A stretch of DNA of 18,930 bases from Promethearchaeota archaeon (lineage in GTDB: Archaea > Asgardarchaeota > Odinarchaeia > Odinarchaeales > JBHLKK01), in assembly GCA_048939465.1 (NCBI GenBank), contig JBHLPL010000030.1, forward strand, positions 1 to 18,930, in the 5' to 3' direction. The notes under the pieces were generated by a model. The model ran no database searches. It saw only the letters and a program-made list of their open reading frames with translations, and was not told where the DNA came from. Shown piece by piece: positions 1-7,174 of the stretch. The position numbers were made by a program, and so were the translations under genes. Within the stretch, counting starts at the first letter, position 1; the number at the start of each line of letters is the position of its first letter.

Positions 1-1
1 A

Positions 2-520
2 TCTTGTACTTTGTCCTGGATTTGCTTCATACTGACAGACTCTTTAATAGTGGCTCTTCTTGCCGCGGCCACAGGAGTCCTCGTTGACGCAGACCACCTT
101 GTGGATTATTTACTGTTCAACGGCAGACTCGATAAAGACAGTTTCAGGAAGCTTCTTTCAGGAGGCCATTTCCAAGAATCAAGAAAGCTCTATTTGCCTT
201 TGCACTCGTATGAAGTGCTTATACCAATTTGGATATTTGCATCAATATTCAATGCCTCAGTAGCTGCCACATGGATTAGCATCTCATTTGTCATACACCT
301 TGTTCTTGATCAAGCGGCCTACGCTCCCAGAGCTCTTACATATTTTGCCATATACCGAGCCATCAATTCTTTTGACCTCACCTTTCTCAATCCTGCCAGC
401 CTGATAGCATTGAGTCCCAATCAAATGTCAATAGGAATTGCGATTATTGGACCTCTTGCCCCAATCAGACCTCAAAGAATGACCTTAAACGTGGTCAATT
501 GCAGACCCAATTTGTTGTGA
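2..520 (+). CDS. Membrane protein, putative metal-dependent hydrolase (YdjM/LexA-binding inner-membrane hydrolase-like); 5' end lies outside the window
   Basis: The frame is open from position 2 (tct tgt act ttg...), so the gene is probably truncated. Hydrophobic helices carry the metal-ligand-like motifs DADH, LHSYE and HLVLD, followed by YFAIYR. The last ~40 aa look unconserved. Confidence 0.6.
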   Translation, partial: SCTLSWICFILTDSLIVALLAAATGVLVDADHLVDYLLFNGRLDKDSFRKLLSGGHFQESRKLYLPLHSYEVLIPIWIFASIFNASVAATWISISFVIHLVLDQAAYAPRALTYFAIYRAINSFDLTFLNPASLIALSPNQMSIGIAIIGPLAPIRPQRMTLNVVNCRPNLL

Positions 521-961
521 TCAACCCTGCAGGATTCCTTTTCTTTTCGGTTGAATGACTTTCCTCAGTCTGGATTCATGCAAAATGTTTGAGTCGGAAT
601 TCCCGCGTTTTTTCCCCTTGTCTTGGCGGAGCCCGATCCTCATAGGAGATGAGACATTTGGGATGGCAGATTCCTGATAAGATAATTCCACAGTCTGCAT
701 GTCGAATATGATGGCCATGCCAAAAATACCAACACCGAATTCGCCTTAGTTTCGTCAAAGAGCGTAAATCTTGATGAAGGGTGACCCTTTTATGGGGAAG
801 GGGCGTCGGTGCTTTGCAACTTTTGATGTTAGCGCCGAACAAGAATTCATTTGAAAGAAATGGGGCCAATCCGATGCGATTTTCAGAGAAGTAAGCACTT
901 AGATAGCGGAAGAGATCAAATATCAGTCTAGACGTACGAAAAGAGTAAGGGGACGATTAGA

Positions 962-1252
962 ATGCTTACAATAGAAGAAATATCAAGGATGATTTCTAGA
1001 TTAAGAGAACCTAATCTACAGATGAAGTTTGTTAAGGCATTTCAGATTTTGGCGGAAATAAGAAGAGAACTGAAGGCGCATCAACGCATATTGGATTTAA
1101 CACAGGATTATTTGAACGCCTTTTTAGAGGAACTCACGGAGAAAGTCACGATAGAAAGACTGAAGTCTATGAAGGAAGACTTCAGCCTTGCAAAGGTAGA
1201 CAGACTTGTGAAGACAGCTGATGACAGAATAAGAATAGTGAGCGGTAATTGA
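962..1252 (+). CDS. Hypothetical 96-aa all-helical protein
   Basis: ATG preceded by a purine-rich SD-like AAGGGGA. E/K/R/L-rich amphipathic helical composition. A pyrimidine-rich tract follows the stop. No family recognised. Confidence 0.7.
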   Translation: MLTIEEISRMISRLREPNLQMKFVKAFQILAEIRRELKAHQRILDLTQDYLNAFLEELTEKVTIERLKSMKEDFSLAKVDRLVKTADDRIRIVSGN

Positions 1253-1376
1253 AAAACTTCCTTCTATTCTTTTGGTGATATAAACAGTCTATTATAATAT
1301 ACCTCTTGTAATAGCAGCTTGCATTTAGCTCTTAGGATTTCTAAAGGAATGGTAGGACTACGGGACTGTAAGATAA

Positions 1377-1386
1377 GTTATATAAC
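1377..1386 (+). promoter_or_regulatory. Probable TATA box (palindromic GTTATATAAC) for the SDR-OYE pair
   Basis: TTATATAA preceded by purine-rich AGATAAG (BRE-like), about 80 nt upstream of the SDR start. Confidence 0.4.
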
Positions 1387-1464
1387 CTTGGTCCAACGAG
1401 AATCACCAGCAATATTGCATATCAAGGAAATTTAAGTTTCAAACTCTATAGGAGGGCAGTAATA

Positions 1465-2256
1465 TTGAGACTTAAGAATAAGATAGCCGTAATTACAGGA
1501 GCTGCCTCAGGCATAGGAGCAGCCACGGCCAAGTTGTTCGCGAAGGAAGGGGCAAAAGTTGTGGTGGCAGACATAAATGAGGAACTCGGACAGAAAGTAA
1601 CAGAAGAGATCAGACAAATGGGAGGAGAGTCCGTTTTTGTCAAGACAGACGTGACAGTATGGAATGACGCTCAAAACCTCATGGAGAGCACTGTCAAGGC
1701 TTTTGGTCGAATCGATGTTCTTCATAATAACGCAGGGATTGGACTGATCGGAACAGTGCCGGAGACCACTGAGGAGATGTGGGACAAAACAATAAGCATC
1801 AATTTAAAGGGCGTATTCCTGTGTTCCAAGGCAGCAATTCCTTATATGAAGAAGCAGGCCGGAGGAGTAATCATAAACACAGCATCCAACTGGGGGCTGG
1901 TGGCCCAACCCGGATGGGCAGCATACTGTGCTTCCAAGGGAGGTGTGGTTATGTTAACAAAGGCCATGTCCATAGACCATGCCAAAGACAATATTAGAAT
2001 AAATGCACTGTGCCCGGGGTATGTAGACACACCGCTTCTAAGAAAAGCAGTTGCACAATCGAAAAACCCAGAAAAGGAATGGGAAGATATGGGCAGGCTA
2101 GCGCAACCTGAGGAAATGGCGTACGGTGCTTTGTTCCTGGCAAGTGATGAATCGTCTCACGCAGTCGGTAACCTATTGGTAATTGACAACGGTGAGACCG
2201 CCAGAGGGGGGCAGGTGAAAGACCACTTGCCCAAAAAAGCTTCCAGGGCTCAATAA
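1465..2256 (+). CDS. Short-chain dehydrogenase/reductase (classical SDR, probably NAD-preferring)
   Basis: TGAASGIG Rossmann motif, Asp36 at the end of beta2, NNAG, Ser141, Y154-CAS-K158, and the PG motif. TTG start after SD GGAGGG. Confidence 0.95.
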   Translation: MRLKNKIAVITGAASGIGAATAKLFAKEGAKVVVADINEELGQKVTEEIRQMGGESVFVKTDVTVWNDAQNLMESTVKAFGRIDVLHNNAGIGLIGTVPETTEEMWDKTISINLKGVFLCSKAAIPYMKKQAGGVIINTASNWGLVAQPGWAAYCASKGGVVMLTKAMSIDHAKDNIRINALCPGYVDTPLLRKAVAQSKNPEKEWEDMGRLAQPEEMAYGALFLASDESSHAVGNLLVIDNGETARGGQVKDHLPKKASRAQ

Positions 2257-2269
2257 GAAGAGGAGCGAG

Positions 2270-3241
2270 TTGATGATATTGATTGGTCTTCTGGACCCTT
2301 TGGATATAAAGGGAATAAGGCTTAAGAACCGAATTGTGATGCCTCCCATGGCTACGGAATTAGCAACCACGAGAGGAGCTGTGACCGACAGTCTTATCGA
2401 CCATTATATCAGAAGGTCTAAGGCTCTGGGCTTGTTAATAGTAGAGCACAGCTACGTATCCTTGGGTGGGAAGCTCAGCGAAAGGCAACTGGGGATATAC
2501 GATGACATCCTCATCCCAGGATTAAAAAAACTCTCAGACGGTATCCATGCCATGGGTACTCCAGTCGTGATTCAAATCAATCACGCAGGAATGGCGGGGA
2601 CGGAACCGGTTTCTCCTTCGTTGAATGAAAGAGCTAGAGAACTTCAAGAACAAGAGATTGGCATTCTGGCTGAAAGCTTTGCCGCAGCAGCCAAGAGAAG
2701 CATCACAGCCGGTTTTGATGGAGTTGAAATTCATGGAGCTCACGGTTTTCTCCTGTGCCAATTCTTTTCTCCTCTGACCAACAAACGCCATGACTTGTAT
2801 GGAGGTTCTCTAGAAAATAGAATGAGATTCCCGATGGAGATTGTTAGAGAAGTTAAGAAAGCCATAGGAGAAAAGATACTCCTTTACCGTTTGGGTTCAA
2901 CAGACCTGGATCCTGCAGGAATCCAAATCGAGGAGTCACAGAGGTTTGTCAAGGAGTTGCAGAGGGCGGGCGTAGACATAATTGATGTGTCTGGAGGTAT
3001 GTGTGGCAGTAGGCCGACTCAAATACAGGACAGACAAGGTTACTTTGTCCCTCAAGCACAGCAAATCAAGGACGTAGTAGATGTACCAGTTATCGGTGTT
3101 GGTGGAATTAGGGATCCCGAATATGCTAATGAGCTTATACAGAAAGGTCAGATCGATTTGGTAGCGGTCGGTAGATCACTTCTAAGAGACCCGGATTGGG
3201 CTGTGAAGGCCGTTAGAACCTTGGAAAAAGACTTACTCTGA
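2270..3241 (+). CDS. NADH:flavin oxidoreductase, old yellow enzyme family
   Basis: LKNRIVMPPM, QINHAG, GFDGVEIHGAHG, NKRHDLYGGSLENRMRF, GVGGI and VAVGRSLLRDPDW. SD GAGGAG lies 13 nt after the SDR stop region. Confidence 0.93.
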   Translation: MMILIGLLDPLDIKGIRLKNRIVMPPMATELATTRGAVTDSLIDHYIRRSKALGLLIVEHSYVSLGGKLSERQLGIYDDILIPGLKKLSDGIHAMGTPVVIQINHAGMAGTEPVSPSLNERARELQEQEIGILAESFAAAAKRSITAGFDGVEIHGAHGFLLCQFFSPLTNKRHDLYGGSLENRMRFPMEIVREVKKAIGEKILLYRLGSTDLDPAGIQIEESQRFVKELQRAGVDIIDVSGGMCGSRPTQIQDRQGYFVPQAQQIKDVVDVPVIGVGGIRDPEYANELIQKGQIDLVAVGRSLLRDPDWAVKAVRTLEKDLL

Positions 3242-3281
3242 ACTCTAGAAGTCATGAAAAGACCCTTTAGATTATTTCTTC

Positions 3282-3624
3282 TTAGCCAGAGTGAACAAGT
3301 CTGGCTTTATTGTAGCATCCAACAGTCTTCCTGTTATCGCCCAGTTTCTTGTACGTAGTTCCCATATTGTGCCAGACTGGCCCATGCTTAGTTTCGATTC
3401 TCACAATCTTCCTAGAGCAATCAAAAGCCTTCTGGTATTCACCCAGTCTCCCGTAAACAACTCCCAGGTTGCCCCCATGTCGAGTATCCTTTTGGATCGA
3501 TCTTTAATGCCCTTCTATAATCTTTGATAGCTTCTTTGTATTTCCCTTGCCTGTAACTCATGTTTCTTCTCTGGAAATAACCTTTTGCCGAGATTCTTCC
3601 ATTCATTTTTGTCACAGGTGTCAC
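3282..3624 (-). pseudogene. TPR-repeat protein (about 3 TPRs) with a single-base frameshift
   Basis: Frame 1 gives AKGYFQRRNMSYRQGKYKEAIKDYRRALKIDPK. Removing one G from the G5 run at 3472-3476 continues as TWGNLGVVYGRLGEYQKAFD...PVWHNMGTTYKKLGDNRKTVGCYNKA to TAA at 3284-3282. Confidence 0.8.
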
Positions 3625-3737
3625 AATGATTCTTCAAAACCAACCAAGTATTCTTTGTGGGTCTAATTTAAAAGGAAAAGGAGGTATTCAGAATTTGGTA
3701 GCAATCTAGGAATTGCTACATGTTGGGAGGTGTACTA

Positions 3738-4886
3738 TTGCCCGGAAGAGCTGGGGGTCGTGTAGATTTCCTGGAAGGAAATGAAGCTTGTGCAGAGGGG
3801 GCAATCGCTGCGAACTGTAAGTTTTTTGCATTTTATCCAATTACTCCTGCAAGGGAGATTGGTCGTATAATGGCTACAAAGATGCCAAAGAACGGTGGGA
3901 TATCAATTCAGATGGAGGATGAGATAGCGTCATTATCCACGGTCATAGGCGCATCTTGGGCAGGTCTTAAATCAATGACTGCAACAGCAGGTCCTGGATT
4001 CAGCCTGATGCAAGAAAATATAGGATACGCTGTTCAAACCGAAACACCTTGTGTCATAGTGGATATTCAGCGAGGAGGGCCGAGTACAGGGCAGGTAGGT
4101 GTTCCTCTCCAGGGAGACGTAATTCAGTCAAGACGGGGATCTCATGGAGAATATCCGATTGTTGTGCTCGCACCGTCTTCACCACAAGATATGTTTGATC
4201 TGACCATCGAGGCGTTCAATTTGTCAGAGCTTTTGAGAATGCCAGTAGTCTTACTGGCAGACGCCTATGTCGGATTCATGAGAGAGAAGGTTATCATCCC
4301 GCCCAAGAGCAAAATCCGACTGATCAATAGAAAGAAACCAAAAGAAGCCAATGAAACAGCTTTTTTTCTTAGTGAGGATGTAGCCCCTATGCCTGAATTC
4401 GGCACTGGATATAGAACTCATGTCACCGGTTCATGTCACGATACTATGGGCTATCGAAAAACAAGCGACCCCAAGGATCTCGACTATTTGATTAAGACGA
4501 TTTATCGAAAGATCGAGAAGCGTTTTGATGAAATAACCAGGGTCGACCTAGTCAACGTGGAGGATGCTAAAACCGTACTACTTACATACGGCACTTCATT
4601 TAGATCTGCCTTGTGGGCAATAAAAAAGGCAAGAGAAGAAGGAATTAGGATCGGCGGTATACGACTGGTTACCCTGTGGCCCTTTCCCAGAAAGAAAATT
4701 GCAGAAATTGCCGAGCAGGTTGACAGCATTATAGTTTTGGAGAATAATATGGGCCAGATATTAGATTATGTAAGAAGTGTTGCTTGTAAGATGACAGAGA
4801 TCAAATTCCTCCCGCCAGAAATCCTGGGAAGTGTTCATAATCCAAAGCACGTGTTAGATTTCGTGAGAAGGGAGACAGGAAGATGA
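3738..4886 (+). CDS. korA: 2-oxoacid:ferredoxin oxidoreductase alpha subunit (KorA-like)
   Basis: GNEA, YPITP, MEDEIA, GPGFSLMQE and QRGGPSTG motifs. The likely start is TTG at 3738, 5 nt after a strong SD GGAGGTG (3726-3732). The ORF track starts at 3720. Confidence 0.92.
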   Translation: MPGRAGGRVDFLEGNEACAEGAIAANCKFFAFYPITPAREIGRIMATKMPKNGGISIQMEDEIASLSTVIGASWAGLKSMTATAGPGFSLMQENIGYAVQTETPCVIVDIQRGGPSTGQVGVPLQGDVIQSRRGSHGEYPIVVLAPSSPQDMFDLTIEAFNLSELLRMPVVLLADAYVGFMREKVIIPPKSKIRLINRKKPKEANETAFFLSEDVAPMPEFGTGYRTHVTGSCHDTMGYRKTSDPKDLDYLIKTIYRKIEKRFDEITRVDLVNVEDAKTVLLTYGTSFRSALWAIKKAREEGIRIGGIRLVTLWPFPRKKIAEIAEQVDSIIVLENNMGQILDYVRSVACKMTEIKFLPPEILGSVHNPKHVLDFVRRETGR

Positions 4887-5716
4887 CTCGTAAGTTTCAA
4901 CATCCCTTGATCAAGTATATTCGACCAAGAGCTCTGCCTTCCCCCCATTGCCCGGGTTGCGGCGATGGGGTTATCGCCCAGTGCATTCTTAGAGCAATAG
5001 ACGAACTGAAACTGGATTTTAAGAAGATCGTCTTTGCTTCCGGGATAGGATGTGCTGGGTGGATTCCAAGTCCTCTTTTTAATTCTGATGTGATTCATAC
5101 ACCTCATGGAAGGCCGATCGCCTTTGCTACAGGCGTGAAGCTTGCGAAACCAGAGCTGAACTTGGTCGTTGTTTCCGGAGACGGAGACCTAACAGCAATT
5201 GGAGGCAACCACCTTATTCACGCCGCCAGAAGAAACATAGGGCTTATGGTAATCTGTGTGAATAACTTCATCTACGCCATGACTGGAGCGCAAGCTGCTC
5301 CAACAACGCCCTTTGGACTTAAGACCGACACAACCCCCTACGGGAATCCAGAACATCCCTTTGATTTATGCAAGCTTGTCGAGGGGGCGGGGGGATCTTA
5401 TGTGGCAAGATGGGCGACAATCCACGTAAGACAGCTCGTAAGATCCATTAAGAAAGGACTTCAGAGGAAGGGTTTCGCGTTTATTGAAGTGATTTCACCA
5501 TGTCCTGTTCGATATGGCCCGCTACTCGATATGAGGAAGCCCACTGAGATGATAGAATGGCTACGTAATATTACCGTTACCAGAGAGAAAGCCAGAAATC
5601 TAACACCGCAAGAGCTTGGTCAAAGGATTACAGTGGGAGAGTTTGCTGATAGGAGGATCCCAGAATTGACTGAGCAACACAGATTGACAGGAGAAGGCGA
5701 AAATGGTCAGAGCTGA
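4883..5716 (+). CDS. korB: 2-oxoacid:ferredoxin oxidoreductase beta subunit (TPP-binding)
   Basis: CPGCG, GIGC, HTPHGR, GDGD...N TPP motif, YAMTGAQ and SPCP. ATGA overlap with the alpha stop. Confidence 0.93.
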   Translation: MTRKFQHPLIKYIRPRALPSPHCPGCGDGVIAQCILRAIDELKLDFKKIVFASGIGCAGWIPSPLFNSDVIHTPHGRPIAFATGVKLAKPELNLVVVSGDGDLTAIGGNHLIHAARRNIGLMVICVNNFIYAMTGAQAAPTTPFGLKTDTTPYGNPEHPFDLCKLVEGAGGSYVARWATIHVRQLVRSIKKGLQRKGFAFIEVISPCPVRYGPLLDMRKPTEMIEWLRNITVTREKARNLTPQELGQRITVGEFADRRIPELTEQHRLTGEGENGQS

Positions 5717-6311
5717 AATTCGAATTGTGGGGTCCGGGGGACAGGGAGCCATTACAATAGGAAGTCTACTGGGAAGAGTGGCTACACTCTATGAGAGAAA
5801 GGTTGCGGCACAAACACACTCTTACGGAGCTGCGGTGAGAGGCGGGATTATTTGGACAGAAGTAGTGATATCTGACGAAGAGATTGATTATCCGGGTGTG
5901 ATAGAAACAGATGCTATCATCGTAATGTCACAAGAGGCTGCTGACAGATACGCTAGCGATATTAGAGAGGGTAGTACGGTAATAATTGATTCAAGTTTAG
6001 TACAGAAACCTTCAACTGGAGGTGTAGAGCCCTATCAGATACCAGCGTCCGAACTCGCAGAAAGAAAGCTGGGGAATGGTCTTTTTGCCAATATGATTCT
6101 GCTGGGGTTCCTGGTCGGACTAACAGGAGTCGTCAATAAGAGCAGTCTTACGAAAGCTGTGAAGGAAGGTATGAGATTATCTGACCTGAATATTAGGGCT
6201 CTTGAAATTGGTTTTACTCTTTCAGAAAGCAAGGAAAGCTCGGAGGGACGGATTAATGGGCAAGAACCAGCAAGCAGTGAAGAGGAAAAGGTTCGACATC
6301 GTCATAGATAG
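5703..6311 (+). CDS. korC: 2-oxoacid:ferredoxin oxidoreductase gamma subunit
   Basis: EIRIVGSGGQG, SYGAAVRGG, EIDYP and ANMILLG. Overlaps the beta gene by 14 nt. Confidence 0.92.
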   Translation: MVRAEIRIVGSGGQGAITIGSLLGRVATLYERKVAAQTHSYGAAVRGGIIWTEVVISDEEIDYPGVIETDAIIVMSQEAADRYASDIREGSTVIIDSSLVQKPSTGGVEPYQIPASELAERKLGNGLFANMILLGFLVGLTGVVNKSSLTKAVKEGMRLSDLNIRALEIGFTLSESKESSEGRINGQEPASSEEEKVRHRHR

Positions 6312-6501
6312 AGAACTCTGCAAAGGATGCAATATTTGCGTCTATATGTGCCCTACAGGTGTGTTGAAGATGTCCGATAGTCCAACTGATAAGGGAGTCC
6401 ATGTTGCAGAGGTCAAATACCCAGATCAATGCACAGGGTGTTTGGCGTGTGAGTTGAATTGCCCTGATTTTGCGATTTATGTTCGCAAGAAAAAAAAGTG
6501 A
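6256..6501 (+). CDS. korD: 2[4Fe-4S] ferredoxin-type delta subunit of the oxidoreductase
   Basis: CKGCNICVYMCP and CTGCLACELNCP. ATG at 6256 follows SD GGAGGG. The ORF track start at 6202 is probably too long. Confidence 0.9.
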   Translation: MGKNQQAVKRKRFDIVIDRELCKGCNICVYMCPTGVLKMSDSPTDKGVHVAEVKYPDQCTGCLACELNCPDFAIYVRKKKK

Positions 6502-6505
6502 ATAT

Positions 6506-7006
6506 CTACCAACGATCCTTGCTCGAAATCTCGTGAATGGATTTTCTGCCCCGAGGCTCTGGCTCCTCATCAGGATATCCTAGAGGGGTCAATGCAACAA
6601 CCTTTATGTTATCCGGAATTCCCAAGACCTTTTTCACTCTGTCCTCTTCATAATGCTTCCCTATCCAGCAAGTTCCCAGCCCTAATTCAGCTGCGGCCAA
6701 CATCAAGTGTTCCATGCTAATCGCCAAATCAACTGCATAGTAGGGTATATCATGGCTATGGCCGGATTGCTCTGGATCGGCACAGCCGACTATGATCAAT
6801 GGTGCTTCAGCAACCCAATCGCGGACCCCAAGCTTCTTCTTTGTATTCTCATCCTTGATTACAATGTATCTCCAGCATTGTTTGTTTGCCCATGACGGGG
6901 CAAGACGGGCAGCTTCCATCACGTACCTAAGCTTCTCTTCCGGAACGGGGTCTGTTTTATACTTCCTGATGCTTAATCTCTTGCGAACCACATCCATGAA
7001 CTTCAT
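6506..7006 (-). CDS. Nitroreductase family protein
   Basis: RLSIRKY, AARLAPSWANKQCW, MEHLMLAAAELGLGTCWIG and LGYPDE. Confidence 0.93.
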   Translation of the reverse strand: MKFMDVVRKRLSIRKYKTDPVPEEKLRYVMEAARLAPSWANKQCWRYIVIKDENTKKKLGVRDWVAEAPLIIVGCADPEQSGHSHDIPYYAVDLAISMEHLMLAAAELGLGTCWIGKHYEEDRVKKVLGIPDNIKVVALTPLGYPDEEPEPRGRKSIHEISSKDRW

Positions 7007-7174
7007 TCACTCATTCCCTCCCAGAACACTACTATAGGAGTGAGTCAAATATAATGCTACCTGCACGGCTGTTTGCTGTGGAAAGTTACTTAAGGAATTA
7101 TAGCCAAATATCTGTTTCCGAGCCTCGAAAGAGAGCCTGATGAATGATATCACGGTCGCTGAGGAGTTGATTGA

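Noticed and set aside
558-567. GAGGAAAGTC on the - strand, resembling the RNase P RNA signature
   Set aside because: The following CC is absent, and no ACAGAA...GGCTTA 3' partner occurs at a suitable distance, which would fall inside a protein gene.
649-774. Possible mini-selenoprotein: the + frame reads MRHLGWQIPDKIIPQSACRI-TGA-WPC..., giving CxxU, with hairpins just downstream
   Set aside because: The SD-like AGGAG abuts the ATG with no spacer. The hairpins lack archaeal or eukaryote-like SECIS hallmarks. There is no similarity to known selenoproteins and no Sec machinery in the window.
319-789. A - strand frame interrupted only by TGA (four times), suggesting recoding or a decayed membrane gene
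   Set aside because: There is no start or SD. Part of it is the stop-poor antisense frame of the 2-520 gene, the translation is not convincingly protein-like, and TGA is a normal stop elsewhere in the window.
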